A stretch of 64,000 nt of DNA. It comes from a virus. Positions 48,119 to 55,956 of this stretch are shown piece after piece. The notes beneath the pieces are model-generated. The model was not told where the DNA came from, searched no databases, and saw nothing but the letters and a program-made list of their open reading frames with translations. The stretch's first letter is position 1, and the number at the start of each line of letters is the position of its first letter. The stretch is from the IMG/VR virus record IMGVR_UViG_3300020596_000014, positions 68,550 through 132,549 of that record. One strand, 5' to 3'. A program made the translations under genes and the position numbers.

Positions 48119-49905
48119 ATGTCGAGCATGAATAGCATGTTTGAGCACCCGAAGATCTTCACGACCTTGTGTTTCGCTGCAACCTCAACTTCGGTCATCC
48201 CGTTGGTGGATCGATACTTGAAACGGTTAAAACGATCGCGATAGTTGGTCCACCACCATCTCGGTTCGGTGATTTTGGTCAGCGTCCAACCGCATCGCGT
48301 CCACGAAGCCGCGACCGATCCGAAACGCGAGTCAACGTAGGTCATTAGCTTCGTGAAACCCGCGTCTACAGCATGTAATTTTGCCACCTTTGTGAGTCGA
48401 GATACGCCACCACGAACATTGGTGTTGAGCGCCGAACACAGACGAGCGACTTCCAAAACATCGTGGTATCGTTGATGAAACGGTTTCCGAAGTGAGATGG
48501 CGGCGATAAGTTCGTCGTCATGAAACAACCCGAATGCGGTTTGCGTTTTGACGTCACCGTCGATGTGATTGTTGACAAAAAACTCACGTCGTTCTTTGCT
48601 TGTTAAGGTTTTCACGACACAATCGCGAGCGTTCACTTTCCTCGTCGTGAAACCCATCCTGTGTGACATCATTGACTCAACGATGAGACGTTTGTCGCGC
48701 CATTCATCTTCAAAGATGTGAAACAACGACACACCGTTGCTGCTAGCGCTTACACTTTTGCTTTCGTGGTAAATGGAACTCTTGTTGGTTACGCTGTGCC
48801 AGTATAACCCGTTGTACTCGATCGCGAAATTTGTCCTTGACACGTACACGTCTAACTCTTTACCAGACAAAGTTATACGGTCGTTCACGACCGCCTGAGG
48901 CTCGCGAGCAAAGATCCAGTCGGAAATTTGGGATTGGGCGGCGCTTCCCATAGGGTCGCAACGGAAACATCTCGCCGTCTCCAAGCGTCGAACCTTCTCC
49001 GTCCAGTCAAACTGACACTTCACACAACGCACAAAAACACAGGGCGTCAGGTAGTTCTTGTAGTCGCCTTCGACACGTATGAATTCAATGAGCCCGCTGC
49101 GTTCTGAGAGCTCGCGAATCTCGTCAATCGAAAACCTCTTCGCAGAGTCGAGATGTTTGCGTAGTTCCTTGTTACGGTGCGTTGTCGCGACCTTCGCTGC
49201 CATGTCGGAGACGCGAACGTCTGTCTCCTTCGTGAGCCCTTTCGCCCAGGGTGTGATCGATCCGTTGGCAAACAGTTTGGACAGGTTGTCAGCAGCAACT
49301 TTCACTCGTTCATCAGTGTTCTTGGTCAACCCTTTCGACCAAGCGGTTATCTCGCCTTCGACGAAGGCTTTCTTACGCCCGACCGACGTCGCAATACCTC
49401 TGAGGCGAACCCGCTCGTCGATCTCCTTCGTGAGCCCTTTTGACCACCCTACGCTCTCACCTGAAGCAAAGCTTTCACGTAAGGCGTTGAGTCTAACCGT
49501 CTTAGCATTATCGCTTTCCACTCGCACGTTGTGACCGATGACAAACGCGCTGTAACCCGTCCACCACCCGGTCCACGTCACCGGTTCGGAGCAACCACAG
49601 CCGCAACGCGGAGGCGCGTCGAGCTTGTGCTTCAGAAGCCACAACCGTGACACGGTGAGACCGTGCGTCGTCGCATGACTCTCCAACACGATCTGCCCTT
49701 TAGCAGTCCTGGAAGCCTTGAAGACATCTTCGCATACGGGGCAGCTGTCTACCCTGGCGTTCGCCTTTCCGACGTTGCTTCTGTTACAAGAAGCACAGAC
49801 CTTGCGATGGTTTTCGGCGAAACGACATTTGTCTTTCGTTTTGTGAACCACGTCGAGCCCGCACTGTGAGCACACTCTCACCCAACCACTTTCAATCTGC
49901 CTCAC
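48115..49905 (-). CDS. Hef-like homing endonuclease (Zn fingers, WxKGLTKETD repeats, Vsr-like nuclease, C-terminal GNAT/Mom-like domain)
   Basis: 'PRCGCGC', three 'W.KGLTK..D.RV' repeats, 'ELDVY....AIEYNGLYWHS...HIFEDEW', 'AR.C', 'EVARLC...VRGG.SRL' and 'TYVD.RFG'. Confidence 0.82.
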   Translation of the reverse strand: MRQIESGWVRVCSQCGLDVVHKTKDKCRFAENHRKVCASCNRSNVGKANARVDSCPVCEDVFKASRTAKGQIVLESHATTHGLTVSRLWLLKHKLDAPPRCGCGCSEPVTWTGWWTGYSAFVIGHNVRVESDNAKTVRLNALRESFASGESVGWSKGLTKEIDERVRLRGIATSVGRKKAFVEGEITAWSKGLTKNTDERVKVAADNLSKLFANGSITPWAKGLTKETDVRVSDMAAKVATTHRNKELRKHLDSAKRFSIDEIRELSERSGLIEFIRVEGDYKNYLTPCVFVRCVKCQFDWTEKVRRLETARCFRCDPMGSAAQSQISDWIFAREPQAVVNDRITLSGKELDVYVSRTNFAIEYNGLYWHSVTNKSSIYHESKSVSASSNGVSLFHIFEDEWRDKRLIVESMMSHRMGFTTRKVNARDCVVKTLTSKERREFFVNNHIDGDVKTQTAFGLFHDDELIAAISLRKPFHQRYHDVLEVARLCSALNTNVRGGVSRLTKVAKLHAVDAGFTKLMTYVDSRFGSVAASWTRCGWTLTKITEPRWWWTNYRDRFNRFKYRSTNGMTEVEVAAKHKVVKIFGCSNMLFMLDI

Positions 49906-49911
49906 ATAACC

Positions 49912-49920
49912 ATTATAGCA
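49912..49920 (-). promoter_or_regulatory. Extended -10 promoter (TGcTATAAT) for the minus-strand endonuclease
   Basis: The reverse complement reads TGCTATAAT, 6 nt before the GTG start, consistent with a leaderless transcript. Confidence 0.6.
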
Positions 49921-50024
49921 CCTAGATGATAACGAGAAAATAAGTCATTTTCTTTGGAGAGAAATAATTTGCGAGCTCGATATCTACATCTTGAAGCCAG
50001 CAAAGGCTGAAAGGACAGTGAATT

Positions 50025-50513
50025 TTGGCCGAGGTACTTGACGTTAGTAGTTTGCTTCCCAATCGATTCGAGCCAAAACGCAAGAATCGATGGGTCCTCC
50101 AGATCGAGGGCGTTGATGCCTTTCTCTGTAAGACCGCCTCCCGTCCCACCATCACGACAGAGGAGATCGAGATGCCATTCGTCAACTCCGTGAGATACCT
50201 CGCGGCGAAGACGCGATTCAACAAGATCAACGTCGTCCTGCAGGACGCGATTGCCCCGAGCGGCTCGCAGCAGGTCATGGAGTGGATCCGTCTGTGTTTC
50301 GAGTCGGTGTCCGGGCGAGCCGGCTACGCGGATTTCTACAAGCGCGACGTCCAGCTCAAGATGATCGACCCTGTTGGAACTGTAGTTGAATTGTGGGATA
50401 TCAAGGGAGCCTTCATCACCAGCGCAAACTTCGGCGAGCTCTCGTACGATGATCACGCTGCGATGGAAATTGCTCTCGAAATTCGCTATGACCAGGCTGT
50501 TTTGCAGTACTGA
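50025..50513 (+). CDS. Tail tube protein (T4 gp19-like)
   Basis: 'FEPKRKNRW', 'RP.I..EE', 'VMEW', 'GRAGY..FYK' and 'W..KGAF....NFG.L.Y....EI.L..RYD'. Confidence 0.9.
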   Translation: MAEVLDVSSLLPNRFEPKRKNRWVLQIEGVDAFLCKTASRPTITTEEIEMPFVNSVRYLAAKTRFNKINVVLQDAIAPSGSQQVMEWIRLCFESVSGRAGYADFYKRDVQLKMIDPVGTVVELWDIKGAFITSANFGELSYDDHAAMEIALEIRYDQAVLQY

Positions 50514-50561
50514 TTCATAAACAGTTCATTCGGGTCTACATTGTTAGACTAGAGTGAATGT

Positions 50562-52139
50562 ATGGAAGATGCGTTATACAAGTGCCCTCGTTGTGAGGTC
50601 GTTAAGACCCTTCGAGGGCTTTCTTGTCACGTCACCAAGACACACAGGATGTCGTCTCGCGATCTCCATGTTGCGGTTCTGCATAATGGAACTCCACCAC
50701 TTTGTGCTTGCGGTTGCGGGAAAGAGACGAACTGGTTGCAACGCCGATTCGGGACTTACGCGTCGCGAGGATGCAACGGCTTCTCCAATGATGCCCGCGC
50801 CAAAGCTTTAGAGGTTCGCGCTGAGAAGAGTTCACGTGGCGAGCAATCTTCATGGAACGCCGGACTTACAAAAGAGACCGACAAACGGGTCGCCGCGATA
50901 GCGTTGAAGATTTCCGAAGCCATGAATGGGGCCGACATATCCAGGCTGTTAGCCGCGCGATCCGACGAGGAAAAAGAGACACAACGTGTAAGAATGTCTA
51001 AGGCGAAGGCGGGATCCGTCCCCTGGAACGTTGGTCTGACCAAAGAAACGTCCGCAAGCCTTACATCTGTATCAAGAAAGAACAGTCAGCACGCTCGACG
51101 TCGCTTCAACTGGAAAGACAAACCAACGTTGATTGAGAATGCTGCTTTAGTGAGAAGCGATCAGTTGACGTTGATCGATCACGGTGCATACGAAAATAAG
51201 CATTCGTCTTTGTTGTTTGAATGTGCGAAATGCAACGCGCGGTTACGACGATCCTTGCATGTTTTGCGGTATAGCCCTAGTTGTCCCGTCTGCACAGGAG
51301 GAGATTCCAAGCCGCAACTTGAAATTTTCGAGTATGTGCGTTCCATCTCCAATGACGCGATGTCTTCTGACAAGACCTGCATTTCACCTTTGGAACTTGA
51401 TGTATACGTTCCGTCGAAAGATTTTGCTGTTGAGTATAACGGTCTGTACTGGCACTGTGAGAAGAACAAAGATCGTTCGTATCATCAGGGAAAAACCAAC
51501 AAGGCGTTACAGAACGATATCCAACTTCTGCACATTTACGCAGATGATTGGGAGCATAAACGTCCGATCGTCGAATCCATGATCCGTTACCGACTCAATG
51601 CAACAAGCGTGAAGATATCTGCTCGTAAATGCGAGCTCGTTGAACTGATTGCCACGGAACGTCGTCAATTCCTTAATGAATGCCATCTCGATGGGGATGT
51701 GTCTGCAAAGACAGCATTTGGACTACGTTTCAACGGTGAATTGGTCGCTGTTTTATCGTTGAGAACCCCATTCCACAAGACATGGCGCGATCACATAGAG
51801 GTGGCTAGATTTGCAACGAAGCTGAACACTTCAGTTGCTGGTGGTTTGTCAAGATTAGTCAAGGCTGCTTCTGACTGGGCAAAACAACGCAAATACAAAG
51901 GCATGCTGTCTTACGTTGATGGACGTGTGGGAGTAGGCAATGGTTATATCAGAGCTGGTTTTGGTGTTCATGGCAAAACTCCTCCGACATTCTGGTGGAC
52001 CGATTACAAACAACGGTTTAATCGTTTCAACTATCGAGCCGACAAAGAACGAAACATGTCAGAAAGAGAGGTTGCTGACGAGGCCGGTGTTGTGCGCATC
52101 TATGGATGTGAGAATTTTGTCATGGTTCTTAACCTGTGA
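50562..52139 (+). CDS. Second Hef-like homing endonuclease (paralog of 48115-49905)
   Basis: 'PPLCACGCG', 'WNAGLTKETD', 'ELDVYVP....VEYNGLYWH', 'ARKC', 'EVARFA...VAGGLSRL' and 'SYVD.R.G'. Confidence 0.82.
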   Translation: MEDALYKCPRCEVVKTLRGLSCHVTKTHRMSSRDLHVAVLHNGTPPLCACGCGKETNWLQRRFGTYASRGCNGFSNDARAKALEVRAEKSSRGEQSSWNAGLTKETDKRVAAIALKISEAMNGADISRLLAARSDEEKETQRVRMSKAKAGSVPWNVGLTKETSASLTSVSRKNSQHARRRFNWKDKPTLIENAALVRSDQLTLIDHGAYENKHSSLLFECAKCNARLRRSLHVLRYSPSCPVCTGGDSKPQLEIFEYVRSISNDAMSSDKTCISPLELDVYVPSKDFAVEYNGLYWHCEKNKDRSYHQGKTNKALQNDIQLLHIYADDWEHKRPIVESMIRYRLNATSVKISARKCELVELIATERRQFLNECHLDGDVSAKTAFGLRFNGELVAVLSLRTPFHKTWRDHIEVARFATKLNTSVAGGLSRLVKAASDWAKQRKYKGMLSYVDGRVGVGNGYIRAGFGVHGKTPPTFWWTDYKQRFNRFNYRADKERNMSEREVADEAGVVRIYGCENFVMVLNL

Positions 52140-52182
52140 AAGGAGAGCGCTGTCATCCGTTCGGGAGCTGTAGTCTGAGGTT

Positions 52183-53509
52183 GTGAACCCCTACAATGTG
52201 TCGAGCGGCGAGGTCTGGCAGAGCGCTCACGGCATGTTGTTCGTCTTGTTGGATGGATACGAGACTGTCGGCGTCAGTGGAAACACACGGTATCGACAAG
52301 CTATCAATCTAGACACAGGCAAGCTGTTCCCGTTCGGTGATAACTCCTTGGTCGCGAAGTTCTCAAAGAGGTTTGCGTGAAGCCGTTTAACGCCCCAACT
52401 GGTACGGTTTGGCTGTTCCATCCAAAACAAAAACATGATAACATTGACGTCTTTGTCATTTTGGACGGGTACATGAAAGATAACGACTTAATGTGTCGGC
52501 GTGTGTTAGTCATGCATAGCGATCTTGGTAGCGAATTGGGCGAGCTGTCCTTCTCAGAAGACTCGCCATACAACGACAAATCGGAGAGGTTTGTGTGACA
52601 CCTTACGATGCCCCGATCGGAACCGTGTGGGACTTCGAGGGAGAGTTGTTTGTTATGCTCGACGAGTACATGCGCGACGACGAATGTCACGGTGATCTGT
52701 ACAGACGATATCTCGGCCTTGTCGATGGTAAGATCCAATGGATGGGTCAATACTCGCTTCGTGATGACGATAGCAAGATGTTTACATGAGCGCTTACCAT
52801 GCACCCGCAGGCACCGTCTTCGACTGGTCCTGGTCCAAGATTGACATCATCTTTGTTGTGCTCGACAGTCACATACAGTACGGTTCGATCTACCACATGC
52901 GGCAGGCGTTCAACTTGAGTACCGGCGAACTAATCTATTTTGAAAAAAATTCAGCTTGGGATCTCACATCGAAACAGATCTCATGAAGCTACTCTTTTCT
53001 CCTAATGGAACTGTATGAGAGTACATCGACGCGCACACAAACGATGTCTATATTGTTTACGTGAGTTCCGCGTATACGTCGAAGACAGGCACCATTTGGC
53101 AATGTAAGATAGAAAGCTTTGAGCTCATCTTTCTGATCCTCGACGGTTTCACCGAAGACATGGCTTCACCTCTTATGAGCGAGAAGCGAAAGGGGAGGTC
53201 GCTAACGCGTCACGTTATGGTCCCCTTTCGAAACTATTTCGACCTTTCAAACGGAGAGATCGCCCACTTTTCACGTGACTCACTGATAAACAAGTTAGCA
53301 AGACGATTTAAATGACCCCGTTCGACTCTCCTGAGGGAACTGTGTGGGAGTACACCGACGTGCGGAGGAAATACGACATACTCGTCGTGTACGGCAAATC
53401 CCAACACGGATTCAGGCCGTACTTCAACCTCGTCTCGGGCGAGATTGGTAGCCTTTATAAGGACTCGCTCTACAACAGATATTCCACCATTTTTGCGGAG
53501 ACTACGTAA
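52183..53509 (+). repeat. Tandem array of six paralogous ~64-84 aa ORFs (52183, 52377, 52595, 52786, 53061, 53312)
   Basis: Shared pattern 'M-x-P/A-Y/F-x-x-x-x-G-T-V-W...F-V-x-L-D...R...L-x-x-G-E/K...S...R-F'. Most junctions are start/stop overlaps. Confidence 0.85.
52983..53060 (+). pseudogene. Truncated copy of the array family with premature stop
   Basis: Reads MKLLFSPNGTV*EYID. TGA at 53016 sits where paralog 53312 has TGG (SPEGTVWEYTD). Confidence 0.7.
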
Positions 53510-53513
53510 CCAA

Positions 53514-53756
53514 GTGTCATCTTTCGCCTGTGCACCGCTACCACTGTTCGAGGAACGTCTGCGCTCGCTGTGGCAACACGTGAAACCTCGACCAATTTTA
53601 CACGGAGAAATTGCGCTCGAAAATTCGTGTAGTCTTTCGCAAGTAGAACGCGAAATGACGATGCTTATCGATCAAGGAAAGTGGCGACGTCTCTCTAAGA
53701 AAGAGCTTACTGAGATGAAGAAGGATGATCGTCTGATTGCATATCTTGAAGTCTAA
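53514..53756 (+). CDS. Hypothetical protein
   Basis: GTG follows TACGTA (53503). Start inferred. Confidence 0.45.
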   Translation: MSSFACAPLPLFEERLRSLWQHVKPRPILHGEIALENSCSLSQVEREMTMLIDQGKWRRLSKKELTEMKKDDRLIAYLEV

Positions 53757-53790
53757 GATCGCGTTCAATAGCAAATTGCTTCCTTGCTGT

Positions 53791-54153
53791 TTAGACGAGA
53801 TACGCTTTCCCGAACCCACCAGCGATGAGTTGCTCGCTCAATTTCAACGTGACACCTTGTGCATCGACATAGAAGATGTCAGCCAGGTATCGCCCATACT
53901 TGTCTTTTCCGCTCTTGTATGTGCGAGTGAAGACGACACCACCTGCTTCACGCAGCAACATGTTCTCGTTCGCGGCCTTCGCAGCCAAGCCCGCATCTCG
54001 AGTGATACCCGCGATCTCAGGTGTGTTGACGCCGTACACGCGACACACGAGCTCAGCCTCGAACTTGAAGCCAAGATCGATCTTTAGCACCACAGTGTCT
54101 CCGTCTATCACTCGAACCACTCTCGCATTGTATTCGTAAGTCGGCGTCATCAT
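53791..54153 (-). CDS. Thermonuclease (SNase) family protein
   Basis: 'VVRVIDGDT', 'R.YGVNTPE' and 'DKYGRYLA'. Confidence 0.88.
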   Translation of the reverse strand: MMTPTYEYNARVVRVIDGDTVVLKIDLGFKFEAELVCRVYGVNTPEIAGITRDAGLAAKAANENMLLREAGGVVFTRTYKSGKDKYGRYLADIFYVDAQGVTLKLSEQLIAGGFGKAYLV

Positions 54154-54244
54154 CGGTTACGTAGTCAACTTTCCTCTTGACGTGGACCTTTGGGCGGCAT
54201 TTTCAAGCTGCGCGCTAAGGTATCTCTGATAGAGGAATATCAAA

Positions 54245-55123
54245 GTGAGCGAAAAGCGAGAGCATAAGAATCAAGTTTTCAGTGAAGGCCGTCCGTCCAC
54301 GATGGAGACTGCCCAGGGCATCAAAAAGATGTCCGCCGCCGAGCGCATGAAGCAGGAGTTTGGTATCATCGTGCCGGCTGAGCTCGTGATGCTCCCTTCA
54401 AAGGGTGTGCTTTATTCTCACGAAAGCGGGTTACACCAATGCACGCAGCTTGAGATCAAAGCGATGACAACGCGCGAGGAGGACATTCTCACCAGTCGAG
54501 CCCTCATTAAGAAGGGAACCGTCATCACCGAGCTCATCAAGTCTTGCATCGTGAACAAAGAGGTCGACGTCGACTCGTTCATCTCCGGCGATCGCAACGC
54601 GCTGATGATCGCCGTCCGATGCACTGGCTACGGCGCGAGCTACAAACCTGAGATGGAGTGTCCAGCTTGTAAGATGAAGCAGGTGAAGGACTTCGACCTC
54701 AGTCAGCTCGCGATCAAGGAGCTCGAGGTCGAGCCCATCTCGCCCGGAGTCAATGAGTTCTCGTTCACACTCCCTGTCACTAAAGCGGTGGTCACGTTCA
54801 AGATGCTCACTGGCAGAGACGAGGAAGAGCTAGTCACCTCACAAGAGCGCAGGAAGAAACTCGTCGCTTCGTCTGTCGACACGCTCGTATCCGATCAACT
54901 GAAGGCTTCGCTGCTTAGCGTCAAGGAGATCCGTGATCGAGCCAAGCTGTCGTTCTTCGTCGACAACATGCCGGGTCGCGATTCGCTAGCCCTTCGCGAC
55001 TACATGCGAACTATCCAGCCGGGTATCGATATGACACAGCATTTCGCGTGCGAGTTCTGCGATCATGCTGAGGAGGTGCAGATCCCGATCGGGGTCGAAT
55101 TCTTTTGGCCTTCAGCCAAGTGA
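54245..55123 (+). CDS. Tail assembly chaperone / baseplate hub assembly protein (T4 gp26-like)
   Basis: 'LPSKG..Y', 'MT.REEDIL', 'GDRNAL.IA.R..GYG', 'CPAC', 'F.LP' and 'FFWP'. Upstream of the tape measure. Confidence 0.8.
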   Translation: MSEKREHKNQVFSEGRPSTMETAQGIKKMSAAERMKQEFGIIVPAELVMLPSKGVLYSHESGLHQCTQLEIKAMTTREEDILTSRALIKKGTVITELIKSCIVNKEVDVDSFISGDRNALMIAVRCTGYGASYKPEMECPACKMKQVKDFDLSQLAIKELEVEPISPGVNEFSFTLPVTKAVVTFKMLTGRDEEELVTSQERRKKLVASSVDTLVSDQLKASLLSVKEIRDRAKLSFFVDNMPGRDSLALRDYMRTIQPGIDMTQHFACEFCDHAEEVQIPIGVEFFWPSAK

Positions 55124-55358
55124 TAAAGAAGCCGTCATCCTCGAGCCCTGGTTCCTTATGAAGCTACACGGCAACGTTAGCTGGGACGAGATGTACGACA
55201 TGCCAGTCGTGTACAAAGATTGGTTCCTTAAGCGGTTGGCAAAGGAGATGAAGGCACAAGGCGAAAACGATGTGCCTCTTGCTGGCAACATGACTCCGCA
55301 GCGTCGCATCAACTTCCAGCAGCTTCAACAAGCGTTCAGCGACAAGTCGGACCGGTAG
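55104..55358 (+). CDS. Probable frameshift extension of the chaperone (gp51-like)
   Basis: The +1 frame opens at TTC-TTT-TGG and reads FGLQP...SW.EMY.MP...K.WFLKRL. Confidence 0.6.
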   Translation, partial: FGLQPSDKEAVILEPWFLMKLHGNVSWDEMYDMPVVYKDWFLKRLAKEMKAQGENDVPLAGNMTPQRRINFQQLQQAFSDKSDR

Positions 55359-55367
55359 TTACTAGAC

Positions 55368-55676
55368 ATGCTTAGCAAGGATGAAGTGCGCGCCGTTCTC
55401 ACGCGTAATGGGTGGGATGTGCGTGACGCTAAGTTCGCGGATGAAGAGTGGGCGCTCCACGGCGAGCGACTGTTGAACACGATCTCGGTAAGCGTCGACG
55501 TGAAAGGCCAGCCCGATGGCTCAGCCGAAGTTTGGGGTTGGTTCGAGACTGACCAGCTAGATCTTGACTTAGACGAAGAAGTCGACGACATCGGTGATTT
55601 GATCTACTTGCTTCATTATTATAACATTGTCGCTAAAGATAAAGCGAAGTTTTCCGCTAAGGCCCCGGATCGTTGA
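55368..55676 (+). CDS. Hypothetical protein
   Basis: TAGTTA at 55356. Confidence 0.5.
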   Translation: MLSKDEVRAVLTRNGWDVRDAKFADEEWALHGERLLNTISVSVDVKGQPDGSAEVWGWFETDQLDLDLDEEVDDIGDLIYLLHYYNIVAKDKAKFSAKAPDR

Positions 55677-55693
55677 ACAGGTTACTTACACAC

Positions 55694-55948
55694 ATGGAAC
55701 TCACCTGCATCGCCAAGATCATTCGCCGTTTCGCAGCACAAGCCGTGCTGACGGGCAGGCTCCCGTGCGACGTCTACGGCGCGCCTCGACAGCTCGAGGC
55801 GTTCTCAGCCGCGTTCTACGCCACGCGCGAGTTCGACAGGATCCTTGACGAGAGTCAAGACCTCGAGACGGTCACGAAGGCGTTGACGGTGAAGCGCGCA
55901 GCCGCCGCGCGCTTCAAGCGTGAGTTCGGCGTGCGTTGGCCGGCCTGA
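55694..55948 (+). CDS. Hypothetical protein preceding the tape measure
   Basis: TACTTA at 55683, ATG at 55694. C-terminal 'AA.RF...FG..WP'. Confidence 0.55.
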   Translation: MELTCIAKIIRRFAAQAVLTGRLPCDVYGAPRQLEAFSAAFYATREFDRILDESQDLETVTKALTVKRAAAARFKREFGVRWPA

Positions 55949-55956
55949 GGGTCTAG

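Noticed and set aside
53016-53018. In-frame TGA at a Trp position, suggesting stop-codon reassignment
   Set aside because: TGA, TAG and TAA all terminate well-defined genes such as terminase, MCP and primase. This is a single nonsense change in a truncated copy.
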